Source: Betaproteobacteria bacterium (GTDB lineage Bacteria > Pseudomonadota > Gammaproteobacteria > Burkholderiales > SG8-41). Taken from it: DNA of 36,910 nucleotides. A model generated the notes under the pieces. That model saw only the letters and a program-made list of their open reading frames with translations, was not told the origin of the DNA and did no database searches. Location: the NCBI GenBank assembly GCA_023266245.1, contig JAHFRO010000020.1:1-36910 (forward strand), written 5' to 3'. A program made the translations under genes and the position numbers. Positions 26,571 to 36,910 of this stretch are shown here, piece by piece; within the stretch, counting starts at the first letter, position 1; each line of letters begins with the position of its first letter.

Positions 26571-27482
26571 AGGGTTGTATCCCATGCGCTTGAGTGCGGC
26601 TTCGCTCCCGGACCAGCCGCGCCTGACCCTGACCCACACTTCGAGAAACACCTTGCCACCGAACAACCGTTCCATGTCCCGGCGCGCCTGGGTGGCGGCC
26701 GCCTTGAGCTTCTCCCCCCGCTTGCCGATTACGATCGCCTTCTGTCCCTCCTTCTCCACCAGGACTGCGGCATGAATCCGGCGCACGCCGCCGCTCAGCT
26801 TGAACTGTTCGACTTCAACCGCGGTTGCATACGGCAGTTCGTCACCGAGCAGCCGGAACAGCTTCTCGCGCAGCAGCTCGGCCGCAAGAAAACGCTCGCT
26901 GGCAGTCGTGATCTCATCCGCGTCGTACAGCCGGGGACCCTGCGGCAGCAGCGGTACCATCGCGTCGAGCAGTTCATCGACCTGCGTCCCCTTGCTTGCT
27001 GATACCGGGACCACCGCAGCGAACTCGCGGTGCCGCGCGAGCTGTTCGATAAAAGGGAGAAGCAATCTCCTGTCCCTGACGCGGTCGGTCTTGTTGATCG
27101 CCAGCACCACCGGCACTTGACGCGGCAGGAGCCTCGCCACCGCGCCATCGCGCGCGCCGTACCTCAGCGCTTCCACGACCCACACCACGGCGTCCACCCC
27201 CTGCAGGCTCGCCGTGACGCTGCGGTTCATCATGCGGTTCAACGCCGACTGGTGCTCGGTCTGATAGCCAGGCGTGTCGACGAACACGATCTGCGCATCC
27301 GCGCGCGTGACGATGCCGGTGACGCGCTGGCGGGTGGTTTGCGGCTTGCGCGAGGTAACGCTGACCTTGCAGCCGATGAGGCGATTGAGCAGCGTGGACT
27401 TGCCGACATTGGGGCTACCGACGATCGCAACATGGCCGGCGCGGTATGCCGGCGTCGCGTCACGCGCGGGTAGCGAGCTCAT
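26565..27482 (-). CDS. era: GTPase Era
   Basis: ORF 26565..27533 trimmed to the ATG at 27482 (305 aa; overlaps the rnc 3' end by 23 nt). G1 '[15 protein letters not shown]', 'DTPG', 'NKTD', C-terminal KH domain '[15 protein letters not shown]'. Confidence 0.92.
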   Translation of the reverse strand: MSSLPARDATPAYRAGHVAIVGSPNVGKSTLLNRLIGCKVSVTSRKPQTTRQRVTGIVTRADAQIVFVDTPGYQTEHQSALNRMMNRSVTASLQGVDAVVWVVEALRYGARDGAVARLLPRQVPVVLAINKTDRVRDRRLLLPFIEQLARHREFAAVVPVSASKGTQVDELLDAMVPLLPQGPRLYDADEITTASERFLAAELLREKLFRLLGDELPYATAVEVEQFKLSGGVRRIHAAVLVEKEGQKAIVIGKRGEKLKAAATQARRDMERLFGGKVFLEVWVRVRRGWSGSEAALKRMGYNPE

Positions 27483-28131
27483 AGGCCTGGCGCGCGGCTT
27501 CCTGCTCCGCGCTGCGCCGGCTGGTGCCCTCACCCCGCGACCGGATCCCGAGCTCGGGGATTACGCACTCGACCTGGAACAGTTGTTCGTGGGCTTCCCC
27601 GCGCGTCGCGACCACCGCGTACTGCGGCAGCGCGATCTTGCGTGCCTGCAGGTACTCCTGCAGCAATGTCTTGGGATCCTTGGCCGAGGTGGCGGGATCG
27701 ATGGTGTCGAGAACGCTCCCGAACAGGGTGCGCACGACCTTGCGTGCCGCATCGAAACCACCATCGAGAAAAGCCGCGCCGATCACCGCCTCCACCGCGT
27801 CGGCGAGTATGGATGGACGCCGCGCTCCGCCGCTCTTGAGCTCACCCTCGCCGAGGTGAAGCTGCTCGCCGAAAGCGAACTGCTGAGCGATCGCGGCGAG
27901 CGACTGCTGGTTCACCAGGCTGGCACGCAACCGCGACAGCTCACCCTCGGTGAGCCGGGGAAATTTATGGTAGAGCTCGAGCGCGACAGCGAAGTTGACC
28001 ACGCTGTCGCCGAGAAACTCCAGGCGTTCGTTGTGCGCCGCGCCGTGACTGCGGTGAGTCAGCGCGCGGCGCAACAGTTCGGGGTCGTTGAAGCGATAGC
28101 CGACTCTGAGACCGAAGCCCTCGAGATCCAT
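27460..28131 (-). CDS. rnc: Ribonuclease III
   Basis: ORF 27460..28194 trimmed to the ATG at 28131 (223 aa). 'LTHRSH', signature '[11 protein letters not shown]', dsRBD '[19 protein letters not shown]'. Confidence 0.92.
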   Translation of the reverse strand: MDLEGFGLRVGYRFNDPELLRRALTHRSHGAAHNERLEFLGDSVVNFAVALELYHKFPRLTEGELSRLRASLVNQQSLAAIAQQFAFGEQLHLGEGELKSGGARRPSILADAVEAVIGAAFLDGGFDAARKVVRTLFGSVLDTIDPATSAKDPKTLLQEYLQARKIALPQYAVVATRGEAHEQLFQVECVIPELGIRSRGEGTSRRSAEQEAARQAYELATRA

Positions 28132-28156
28132 CACGCGGAGGTTGGCCCGGATGCTC

Positions 28157-28513
28157 CTACTTACCGGAGCTCGGATAGAAGTCCATGCAGGCACTCAGGT
28201 TGCCGAACACCGGCAAGCGCACCGAGTATTCGGCGCTGAGCACCAATCGGTCGCCATCCTTGGTGATCTGCAGGTCTCCGGGCCCGATCGCGCGGATGTT
28301 CTCCATGGTGGCTCGCCGAACGAATGCGCCCTCAATGTCCCTTTTCGTCCAGCTGCGTGCTTCGGGACTGTCGACGATCGCCTTGAATTGCTGCACGATC
28401 GCGTAGTACTCGAAGTATGCCGGACCGACCCTGAATCCGAACAGCAGCGCGAAAATCACCACGATCGACCACAACATGAAGCCCGATAAGCTTACGCCCT
28501 TCTGTTTTTGCAT
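28157..28513 (-). CDS. DUF4845-like small membrane-anchored protein
   Basis: ORF 28157..28570 trimmed to the ATG at 28513 (118 aa). An N-terminal TM helix '[17 protein letters not shown]' followed by 'VGPAYFEYY'. The lepB-X-rnc position matches the conserved DUF4845 gene in beta/gamma-proteobacteria. Confidence 0.7.
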   Translation of the reverse strand: MQKQKGVSLSGFMLWSIVVIFALLFGFRVGPAYFEYYAIVQQFKAIVDSPEARSWTKRDIEGAFVRRATMENIRAIGPGDLQITKDGDRLVLSAEYSVRLPVFGNLSACMDFYPSSGK

Positions 28514-28524
28514 AATTGACCCCT

Positions 28525-29324
28525 TCAATTGATCAACTGTCCGATCCTCCTGAAATCGTCGAAATTCCACCAGATCAGGAATGCCTTGCCAACAATGTTG
28601 GTCTCGGGCACGAATCCCCAGTAACGACTGTCGCTGCTGCTGTCCCGGTTGTCGCCCATCAGGAAGTAATGCCCCGGCGGCACGGTGCAGCTGAAGCCCG
28701 TCTCATTGTAGGCACAATTGTCACGGAAGGGAAACAACCTTACGCCCGACAAGTGCACGCTCGGCACTTCCGGCTGTACCAGGATGGCATGCCGGTATCC
28801 ACCGAGCGTTTCGGTGAGGCGCTGCGCCGCGACGAAGCTCAGTCCGGACTCGATGTAATTATACTCACCGCCCGGCGTCGCCTTGATTTCCTCGCCGTTG
28901 ATCCACAGGCGCTTGTTGCGGTAGGTGATCCTGTCTCCCGGCAGGCCAACAATGCGCTTGATGTAATCGAGCGAAGGGTTTTCCGGATAACGGAATACCA
29001 TGATTTCGCCACGCTGCGGTTGACTGATATCGGTGATCTTGAGATTAACGATCGGCAGGCGTATTCCATATGTGAACTTGTTCACGAGAATGAAGTCTCC
29101 GACGAGCAGCGTCGGCAGCATCGAACCGGAAGGAATCTTGAACGGCTCGACCAGAAACGAGCGCAGCAGAAACACCACCAGGATCACCGGGAAGAAGCTC
29201 TTCGGATACTCCACCCACCACGGCTCGGGTCGATCCGATCCACGCCGGTGGCGCAGCCAGAAATGGTCGAGCAGCCAGATCGCGCCGGTCGCGATCAGCA
29301 GCAGGAACATCACGAGGGCGAAGT

Positions 29325-29328
<4 letters not shown>
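28525..29328 (-). CDS. lepB: Signal peptidase I
   Basis: ORF 28525..29460 trimmed to the ATG at 29328 (ATGA overlap with the lepA stop; 267 aa). Catalytic 'PSGSMLPTL', '[11 protein letters not shown]', '[14 protein letters not shown]'. Confidence 0.92.
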
Positions 29329-31115
<1,787 letters not shown>

Positions 31116-31127
<12 letters not shown>

Positions 31128-31166
31128 GCGAGAAGCCCATCAGGAGACAGCTTCCAGTGCCCTTCA
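31116..31166 (-). terminator. Stem-loop followed by UUUUCU immediately upstream of the lepA ATG (31115); weak terminator/attenuator candidate
   Basis: Minus strand: AAGGGCAC (31165-31158) pairs with GTGCCCTT (31127-31120). Inner pairing GGAAGC / GCTTCT is possible. It is followed by TTTCT and the ATG. The loop is large (~30 nt), so it is not a canonical intrinsic terminator. Confidence 0.25.
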
Positions 31167-31182
31167 CTTAAAGCCGCGTATT

Positions 31183-31437
31183 TTATCGGAATTTCGAGAG
31201 ATACGCAGTAACGGCGTCGCGCTCGAGAAAATAGTGGCAAAGCTCGCGTTCACCGTGCGCGAGCACCGGCACCTGTTCGCCGTAGCGCCGCTCCAGCGCC
31301 GGATCGGCGTCGACGTCGACCACCATCAGATGGAAACGAAAACGGGCCTGCAACTCCCGCAGGCCCGTGATCATGACGTCGCAGAGATGGCAATAGGCCC
31401 GGCTGTAGACGGTGAGAGTGATCCTAGCCGGTTTCAA
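31183..31437 (-). CDS. Glutaredoxin-like thioredoxin-fold protein (DUF836 type)
   Basis: 84-aa ORF. 'ITLTVYSRAYCHLCD' CxxC motif, 'VDVD.DP.L..RYG..VPVL'. Overlaps the degP/mucD 3' end by 14 nt. Confidence 0.7.
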   Translation of the reverse strand: MKPARITLTVYSRAYCHLCDVMITGLRELQARFRFHLMVVDVDADPALERRYGEQVPVLAHGERELCHYFLERDAVTAYLSKFR

Positions 31438-32806
31438 CGCGGAACGGGATATAGAGCGAATTCGAGCCGCGGCGGACGAGCAGTGCCAGGATGCGACCCT
31501 TGTCGAACTGCCCCATCATCTGGTTGAACTGTTCGACCGACTTCACATCCTGGTTGTTGATCGCGAGGATCACATCGCCGCGGCGGATACCGGCGCGCGT
31601 CGCCGCACCCTGCACGTTCTCGACCAGCACGCCGCCCGAAACCTTGAGCTCGCTGTGCTGCGCATCGGTAAGGTCGGACAACGTCAGCCCGTACTGGCTG
31701 GGGGTTGCGGCCGGCGGCTTGCCGCCGCGCCGCGCCTGCCGCGTGGCGCGGTCGTCCTGCATCTCGGCCACCACTACCTGTACCTCGCGGGAAGACTTGT
31801 TGCGCCAGACCTGCACCGCAACCTTGCTGCCCGGCTTGGTCGTTCCGACGAGGCGTGGCAGATCCTCGGAGGAATTCACGACCTTGCCGTCGAAGCGGAG
31901 GATGACGTCGCCCGGTTCGATACCCGCTTTGTCGGCCGGTCCGCCCTTTTCCACCGAGTTGACCAGCGCGCCCTGCGCCCTGGCGAGCCCGAAGGACTCG
32001 ACCAGCTCCTTGGTGAGCGGCTGGATCACTACCCCGATGCGTCCCCGGGTGATTTTCCCCGTGGTGCGCAGCTGCTGGGCGATGTCGTTGGCGACGTCGA
32101 TCGGGATGGCGAAAGACAACCCCATGAAGCCGCCGGTGCGGCTGTAGATCTGAGAGTTGATGCCGACCACCTCGCCCTTCAGGTTGAACAGCGGCCCTCC
32201 GGAGTTGCCGGGGTTGACCGCCACGTCGGTCTGAATGAAAGGCACATAGTTCTCCTGCGGCAGCGAACGGCCCTTGGCGCTGACGATGCCGGCGGTCACG
32301 CTGTTCTCAAAACCGAACGGCGAACCGATCGCCACCACCCACTCGCCGACCCTCAGCTTGCCGGGATCACCGAACCTGACTGCCGGCAGCCCGGCTGCTT
32401 CGATCTTGATGAGAGCGATGTCGGTGCGCCGGTCGGCGCCGATCACCTTCGCCTTGAATTCACGCTTGTCGTTGAGCTTCACCGTGATCTCGTCCGCGGC
32501 GTCAACCACGTGCGCATTGGTCAGGATGTAGCCGTCGGGGCTGATAATGAAGCCCGAGCCCAGGGACTGCGTCTGAAACTCCCGCGGGCCGGGATTCGGG
32601 ATAAAACGGCGGAAGAATTCGTAGAACGGGTCGTCTTCCTGCAGGTTGGGGATCTGCGGCAGCAGCGGATTGCGCACCGACTGCGTGGTGCTGATGTTGA
32701 CCACCGCCGGTCCCTGTTTCTCGACCAGCTCGGTGAAGTCGGGAAGCTGCGCGGCGACGGCAACGGGCACCAGAAAGAACAGTGCATACAGCAAACGCTT
32801 CAACAT
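31424..32806 (-). CDS. mucD: Periplasmic serine endoprotease, DegP/MucD (HtrA) family
   Basis: 460-aa ORF with a signal peptide. 'ILTNAHVV', 'DIALIKI', catalytic 'GNSGGPLFN', two PDZ-like regions. Follows rpoE-rseA-rseB as algU-mucA-mucB-(mucC)-mucD does in Pseudomonas. Confidence 0.92.
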   Translation of the reverse strand: MLKRLLYALFFLVPVAVAAQLPDFTELVEKQGPAVVNISTTQSVRNPLLPQIPNLQEDDPFYEFFRRFIPNPGPREFQTQSLGSGFIISPDGYILTNAHVVDAADEITVKLNDKREFKAKVIGADRRTDIALIKIEAAGLPAVRFGDPGKLRVGEWVVAIGSPFGFENSVTAGIVSAKGRSLPQENYVPFIQTDVAVNPGNSGGPLFNLKGEVVGINSQIYSRTGGFMGLSFAIPIDVANDIAQQLRTTGKITRGRIGVVIQPLTKELVESFGLARAQGALVNSVEKGGPADKAGIEPGDVILRFDGKVVNSSEDLPRLVGTTKPGSKVAVQVWRNKSSREVQVVVAEMQDDRATRQARRGGKPPAATPSQYGLTLSDLTDAQHSELKVSGGVLVENVQGAATRAGIRRGDVILAINNQDVKSVEQFNQMMGQFDKGRILALLVRRGSNSLYIPFRVETG

Positions 32807-32820
32807 ACGGACCTCGGTGA

Positions 32821-32856
32821 TGATTTTTGTTGCGGAACTGATTTTTGTTGCGGAAC
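32821..32856. repeat. Perfect 18-bp tandem duplication (tgatttttgttgcggaac x2) in the rseB-mucD spacer
   Basis: Read directly: 32821-32838 equals 32839-32856. Occupies most of the 57-nt spacer between the rseB stop (32864) and the mucD ATG (32806). Confidence 0.9.
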
Positions 32857-32863
32857 CGCGCCT

Positions 32864-33847
32864 TTACTTGGCGGCGACGGCACCCCTGAATTCGAGGGAA
32901 TTGGCGATCTGCATCACGGTGGCGGCGGGCGCCTCCCCCAGCACGGTCACCATGTAGTCCGCGATCGGGCGGGTATAGATGTTGACCGCGCCCTGGTGCG
33001 ACAGGCTCTGCGCCGGCCGGGTCTTGGGCAGCGGCTCGATGAATACCGACACCGCGGCGAGCCCATCAGAAAATACGATGTGCGATACGGTGGCGGTGCG
33101 CCCGGCCATCGAACGTTTCAGTTCGGTCAGCTTCTTGAAGCCCGCCGGCTGCTGGGTGAGCACCCATCCGGTCTCGGCGGGAATCTCGGTGGCGGCGAGC
33201 TCCGAACGGTCGATCTTCCAGTCCTGGCTCTTCGCCGCGTAGCGGGACTTGACCTTGTCGCGGTTGAAACCGCCGCCGATCTTGAGTTCGGTGAACGCAA
33301 ACGAATCGAGCGGCTCGTTCTTTTCGTCAAAGGTGCGGGCGCGCAGCGGCAATCCCGAGCCGACCTCGGCGCAGAAATGGTGCCCGTAGCGCAGCTTGTC
33401 CCTGGGTTCGAGCACGATCACATGGCAATCGTAGCCCGCCACCCGGTCCATGCCGCCCTTGCGCACCACGTAGTTGTCGGCCACACCGTTGAGCTGCTCG
33501 GGCAGCAGAGCCGGAAAGCGGCGCGCGGCGCGCTTCTCGATGATGACGGTCTTGGTATTGGGCAGATAGCAGGTGACCTGGTCATTGGTACGGATCACTT
33601 CGCGCGCCGGGCCATCGAGCGTCTCGAGCTTCTCGAATTCGCCGCCGGCGACATTGACGTAATGGGCGATGCGGGAAGCCTCGGTCTGGTTGCCGTGGCG
33701 GTAAACGAAAGTGCCGGTGTAGTTGAGCTGGCGCGAAGCGCTGGCCATTTTCTTGAGCCAGTTTAGCCCGTCCTGCGGATCACCGGGCCCGGCAGCCAGG
33801 CTCGGCGCAGAAAGCCCCAGGAAAACGACGGGCCAAACCGCTTTCAC
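32864..33847 (-). CDS. rseB: Sigma-E regulatory protein RseB/MucB
   Basis: ORF 32864..34078 trimmed to the GTG at 33847 (GTGA overlap with the rseA stop; 327 aa). Signal peptide 'VKAVWPVVFLGLSAPSLAA', then 'WLKKMASASRQLNYTGTFVY', typical of RseB/MucB. Confidence 0.85.
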   Translation of the reverse strand: MKAVWPVVFLGLSAPSLAAGPGDPQDGLNWLKKMASASRQLNYTGTFVYRHGNQTEASRIAHYVNVAGGEFEKLETLDGPAREVIRTNDQVTCYLPNTKTVIIEKRAARRFPALLPEQLNGVADNYVVRKGGMDRVAGYDCHVIVLEPRDKLRYGHHFCAEVGSGLPLRARTFDEKNEPLDSFAFTELKIGGGFNRDKVKSRYAAKSQDWKIDRSELAATEIPAETGWVLTQQPAGFKKLTELKRSMAGRTATVSHIVFSDGLAAVSVFIEPLPKTRPAQSLSHQGAVNIYTRPIADYMVTVLGEAPAATVMQIANSLEFRGAVAAK

Positions 33848-34368
33848 TGGCGTCCTTTGACCGATTGCGTGTCCGATACGCTGCGGATGTAGGGGGCGAG
33901 ACCCTGGATCGCGGTGCTGGGTGAGTATTCCTGATGCGCGATCAGGTACTCGTTCATTTTCCCGTCGCTGGGAACATTGGCTAACTGGGTCGATGGGGCT
34001 GCTGCGAGTGGGGGAGTATTCGGGGCTTTGGCGATTTCGGGCTGGGGAGTGAGCGGGTTGTTGAAGAAGGCGACCCATCCCACCAGTCCGACCGCCGACA
34101 GCGAGGCAGCCGCGGACAGGGCGTAGGCGGTGATGCGTTTCGCCGTGCTGCGCCGCGGCGCGAGCACTGTCGCCTCCCCGGCGAGCCGCGCGGTCACCCG
34201 CTGACCGAAGTCATGTGACAGCGTGCGTTCGCCGCGCAGCGCATCACCGATGAGATGGAAGGCGTGCCAGCAGTGAAGCAATTCCTCGTTCTGCTTCAGG
34301 CGGCTGAATTGCTGCCGCGCCTGGTGCTCGTCCAGCTCGCCATCCATCAATGCCGATATCTTGTCCAT
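33844..34368 (-). CDS. rseA: Anti-sigma-E factor RseA/MucA
   Basis: 174-aa ORF. N-terminal 'ISALMDGELD......W..FHLIGDALRGE' anti-sigma domain and a central TM helix 'ALSAAASLSAVGLVGWVAFF'. Starts 1 nt after the rpoE stop. Confidence 0.82.
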   Translation of the reverse strand: MDKISALMDGELDEHQARQQFSRLKQNEELLHCWHAFHLIGDALRGERTLSHDFGQRVTARLAGEATVLAPRRSTAKRITAYALSAAASLSAVGLVGWVAFFNNPLTPQPEIAKAPNTPPLAAAPSTQLANVPSDGKMNEYLIAHQEYSPSTAIQGLAPYIRSVSDTQSVKGRQ

Positions 34369-34369
34369 G

Positions 34370-34969
34370 TCACCATCTCCTGTCCTTCCGGGTGCCGAGC
34401 AGCGGCCTCAGCTTCGCCGCGATGGCCTCGCGCGCCCGGAAAATGCGCGATCGTACCGTGCCGATCGGGCAGTTCATGATATTTGCGATGTCCTCGTAGC
34501 TCAGCCCTTCGATCTCGCGCAGCGTGATCGCCGTCCGTAACTCCTCTGGCAGTTCCGCGAGTGTTTGGTTCACGGTTTCCGCGACCTGCCGGCTTATCAG
34601 CTCGTTCTCCGGCGTGTTCAGATCACGCAATTGATCCCCGTTCTCGAAGCCCTCCGCCTCCTCGCTGTCTATGTCGGTCGTGGTCGGCGCCCGCCGCCCC
34701 ATCGCCACCAGATAGTTCTTGGCGGTGTTGATGCCGATCCGATACAGCCAGGTATAGAACGCGCTGTCACCGCGAAACGTGGGCAGCGCCCGGTAGGCCT
34801 TGATGAAGGCCTCCTGGGTCACGTCCTCGACCTCTGCCGCGTCCCGGATGAATCGCGACAGCAGCCGCGCGAGCTTGCGCTGGTACTTGCTGACCAGCAA
34901 CTCGAACGCCTGCTTGTCGCCGCGTTGGGCGCGCTCGACCAGCTGCTGATCGACTTCGCGATCGCTCAT
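34370..34969 (-). CDS. rpoE: ECF RNA polymerase sigma factor sigma-E (RpoE/AlgU)
   Basis: ORF 34370..35029 trimmed to the ATG at 34969 (199 aa). 'DQQLVERAQRGDKQAFELLV.KYQ', region 2 'DVTQEAFIKAY', 'FYTWLYRIGINTAKN', region 4 'REIEGLSYEDIA.IM.CPIGTVRSRIFRAREAI'. Confidence 0.93.
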   Translation of the reverse strand: MSDREVDQQLVERAQRGDKQAFELLVSKYQRKLARLLSRFIRDAAEVEDVTQEAFIKAYRALPTFRGDSAFYTWLYRIGINTAKNYLVAMGRRAPTTTDIDSEEAEGFENGDQLRDLNTPENELISRQVAETVNQTLAELPEELRTAITLREIEGLSYEDIANIMNCPIGTVRSRIFRAREAIAAKLRPLLGTRKDRRW

Positions 34970-35088
34970 CAAACCCGTCCCTGACCTTGAACTTGTTATC
35001 CAAGTCGAGCGGCTGTACCGGTTGGACAAAGCGCACAGTATACCCGTCCGGCCGGTACCCGAGGAACGCGAAGCCTGATCGTTATTGC

Positions 35089-35115
35089 ACTGACAGGGCA
35101 GCTGAAAATTAGTTC
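35089..35115 (-). promoter_or_regulatory. Candidate sigma-E-type autoregulated promoter (GAACTA-N16-TCAGT) upstream of rpoE
   Basis: Minus strand: GAACTA (35115-35110), a 16-nt spacer, then TCAGT (35093-35089), about 120 nt upstream of the rpoE ATG. Partial match to the ggAACtt-N16-TCnaA consensus. Confidence 0.3.
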
Positions 35116-35287
35116 ACTCCCGGGTAAGGGTATTCGCCGCCCGCCCGCCCCCTGACGGCATGGCGGAGGCCCTCAACCAGGCCGCCGTGTTTCGCCGCGG
35201 ACGGCAGTGATGGCGTCCGGATCCGAGCCCGGGCGGCAGGCACCGGGTGCATGGGCTACCCGGTATTGATTGGAACGGCAGCGGCAC

Positions 35288-36817
35288 TCAGCCGGAGTGC
35301 CTGCCGGAACGTGCCGCTTCGCGCAGTCCCGGCGAAATCAGCAGGCGATCGAGAACTTCGAAACCCCACTGCACCGCGATCGCCATCGCCGCCGCAGGCA
35401 CCGCCCCCGCCAGCAGCAGAACGTGATCGTTTACCGCAAGACCGGCGACGATGCGCTCGCCGTAACCGCCGGCGCCGATGAAGGCGGCGATGGTGGCGGT
35501 GCCGACATTGATCACCGCCGAGGTCTTGACGCCGGCGAGGATCGGGCGCGCAGCGAGCGGCAGCTCGATCAGACGCAGGCGCGCGCCCGCCGGCAGTCCC
35601 AGCGCCTGCGCGGATTCCCTGAGCGGTGGCGCGATGTCGGCAAGACCGCTGTAGGTATTGCGCACGATCGGGAGCAGCGCATACAGGAACAGCGCAACGA
35701 TGGCGGGCGCGGTGCCGATGCGGTCGAGCGCCGCGATCAGGAACGCAAGCAGCGCGAGCGTAGGAATGGTCTGCAGCACACCCACACCGCCCAGGATCAG
35801 GTGCCGTGCAGGCGGCGCGCGCTGCGCGAGGACGCCGAGCGGCACCCCTGCCACAATGCTGAGAACGAGCGAAACGAACACCAGCATCAGATGCTCTCCC
35901 GTGAGGCGCCAGAAATCATCGCCGAACAGGGCTCCGAGCATGGATCTCCCGGTGCGGGCATCGACCACCGCCGGCGCTATTCCGGGTGTGGCCAGAAAGT
36001 CCGCCGCAATTTTTGGAAACGGCATCGCCCCGAGCTCGGCAGCCGCATTCATCGCGACCATCCGCTCAGCCGGGACACGGTGTTCCAGGCGCCGCAACGC
36101 ATGCCATGACTGCGGAAATTGCTGCGGCAAATCGCGCCGGTAAAACAGCACGGCTTCGTATGCAGGGAAGAAACCGCGATCGTCCTCCAGCACGCGCAAG
36201 CGGTAGCGGACGATCTTGGCGTCGGTCGAATAGACGTCGATGATGTCAACCTGGCCGCCGGCGAGCGCCTCGTAAGCGAGCCCGTGATCGAGACCGCGCA
36301 CTCCGTTAAACGGCAGCCGGTAGGCCTGCCGCAGCGCCTGCCAGCCGTCCCTGCGGTTGATGAACTCCTGCGACAGCCCGAGCCTGAGCTCCGGATGGCG
36401 CGCAAGGTCCGAGATGCGGCGGATGCCGAGCGCTGCGGCGCGCTCCCCGGTCATGGCAAGCGCATAAGTATTGTTGAAGCCGAGCGGCACGCCGACCGCC
36501 AGACCGTGCGGGGCGAGCTCGCGATTGAGTTCATCGATGCCCGGCACGCGCTTCAGGCTCAGGAGTTCGAAAGCGATAGTGCCGGTGTACTCGGGGTAGA
36601 CATGTATGGCGCCGCTTTTCAGCGCCGCGAACAGGATCGCGGTGTTGCCGAGACCCTGCCGGTGCACCGCGCGCGCTTCCCCCGCCGCTTCCACCGTCCG
36701 GACCACGATCTCCCCCAGGACGTAGGACTCGGTGAAACGCTTGGACCCGACGTTGATCGTGCCCTGCGCCAGCGCGAGCGTCGGTGCGAGCAGCAAGGCG
36801 GCGAGCCGCAGCATCAT
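35288..36817 (-). CDS. Fused ABC-transporter substrate-binding domain (OpuC/YehZ glycine-betaine type, N-terminal) + permease (C-terminal)
   Basis: 509-aa ORF. Signal peptide 'MMLRLAALLLAPTLALAQG'. The binding-protein-like half carries 'VGSKRFTESYVLGEI', 'YPEYTGT' and 'FNNTYALAM'. It is followed by a multi-TM permease half with the EAA-type loop 'ESAQALGLPAGARLRLIELPLA'. RBS GGAGG 9 nt upstream. Confidence 0.85.
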   Translation of the reverse strand: MMLRLAALLLAPTLALAQGTINVGSKRFTESYVLGEIVVRTVEAAGEARAVHRQGLGNTAILFAALKSGAIHVYPEYTGTIAFELLSLKRVPGIDELNRELAPHGLAVGVPLGFNNTYALAMTGERAAALGIRRISDLARHPELRLGLSQEFINRRDGWQALRQAYRLPFNGVRGLDHGLAYEALAGGQVDIIDVYSTDAKIVRYRLRVLEDDRGFFPAYEAVLFYRRDLPQQFPQSWHALRRLEHRVPAERMVAMNAAAELGAMPFPKIAADFLATPGIAPAVVDARTGRSMLGALFGDDFWRLTGEHLMLVFVSLVLSIVAGVPLGVLAQRAPPARHLILGGVGVLQTIPTLALLAFLIAALDRIGTAPAIVALFLYALLPIVRNTYSGLADIAPPLRESAQALGLPAGARLRLIELPLAARPILAGVKTSAVINVGTATIAAFIGAGGYGERIVAGLAVNDHVLLLAGAVPAAAMAIAVQWGFEVLDRLLISPGLREAARSGRHSG

Positions 36818-36910
36818 GGCGGGCTACCTCCGATCCGTTAGACGGGATTTCACCGCAACACCGTCGGCGGCCCCGGCACTCGCCTTCGTCGCATCCCCGC
36901 TAAGCGGGGC

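Noticed and set aside
31412-33766. 784-aa ORF on the plus strand, the longest in the track.
   Set aside because: It is antisense to mucD and rseB, with Arg/Gly/Asp/Leu-rich shadow-frame composition. It even translates the 18-bp intergenic duplication as 'DFCCGTDFCCGT'. Not a real gene.
34988-34993. GAACTT hexamer near the rpoE start, as a possible sigma-E -35 box.
   Set aside because: It is on the plus strand and so points away from rpoE. It also lies only ~20 nt from the ATG, with no suitably spaced -10 on the correct strand.
35130-35273. 47-aa minus-strand ORF (MHPVPAARARIRTPSLP...) in the opu-rpoE spacer.
   Set aside because: No ribosome-binding site, Arg/Pro/Gly-rich composition typical of random high-GC frames, and no recognisable similarity.
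36893-36910. Hairpin ccccgc-taa-gcgggg at the window edge.
   Set aside because: It is cut by the end of the window and has no adjacent T/U tract. It lies inside what is probably the 3' end of the upstream (ATPase?) gene, so it cannot be interpreted.

Overview
High-GC proteobacterial (beta/gamma-like) chromosomal window made almost entirely of core housekeeping genes. They fall into three blocks whose internal gene order matches classical E. coli/Pseudomonas operons. Block (i): plsX-fabH-fabD-fabG-acpP-fabF-pabC-mltG-tmk-holB-ycfH on the + strand (25-9705). Block (ii): uvrC-pgsA-tRNA-Gly-tRNA-Cys-tRNA-Leu on the - strand (22761-19748). Block (iii): rpoE-rseA-rseB-degP/mucD-grx-like-lepA-lepB-DUF4845-rnc-era-recO-pdxJ-acpS-nagZ on the - strand (34969-23574), preceded by a fused OpuC/YehZ-type binding-protein/permease gene. 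Between blocks (i) and (ii) lies a more accessory stretch (9692-19510). It holds a secreted ankyrin-repeat protein and an AT-richer islet with an orphan 95-aa ORF and a membrane DUF4118+PAS sensor lacking an output domain. It also holds a heavily deleted glutaryl-CoA dehydrogenase pseudogene, a thiolase / 3-hydroxyacyl-CoA dehydrogenase / Bug-family binding protein / class II aldolase / enoyl-CoA hydratase cluster, a UspA protein and a DUF1178 protein. I found no CRISPR array, transposase, integrase, toxin-antitoxin pair or recognisable defence/secretion system, so I cannot point to a convincing novel multi-gene system. The most unusual signals are non-coding or decay-related. These are four tandem 50-bp hairpin repeats inside the tRNA-Gly/tRNA-Cys spacer and a duplicated inverted 12-mer that can sequester the era stop / recO start codons. 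Also notable are the islet with the truncated sensor, a collinear multi-deletion gcdH remnant, and a short cation-diffusion-facilitator 5' remnant coupled to nagZ at a synteny breakpoint. All product calls rest on motif and family recognition by eye plus synteny; no database search was run.
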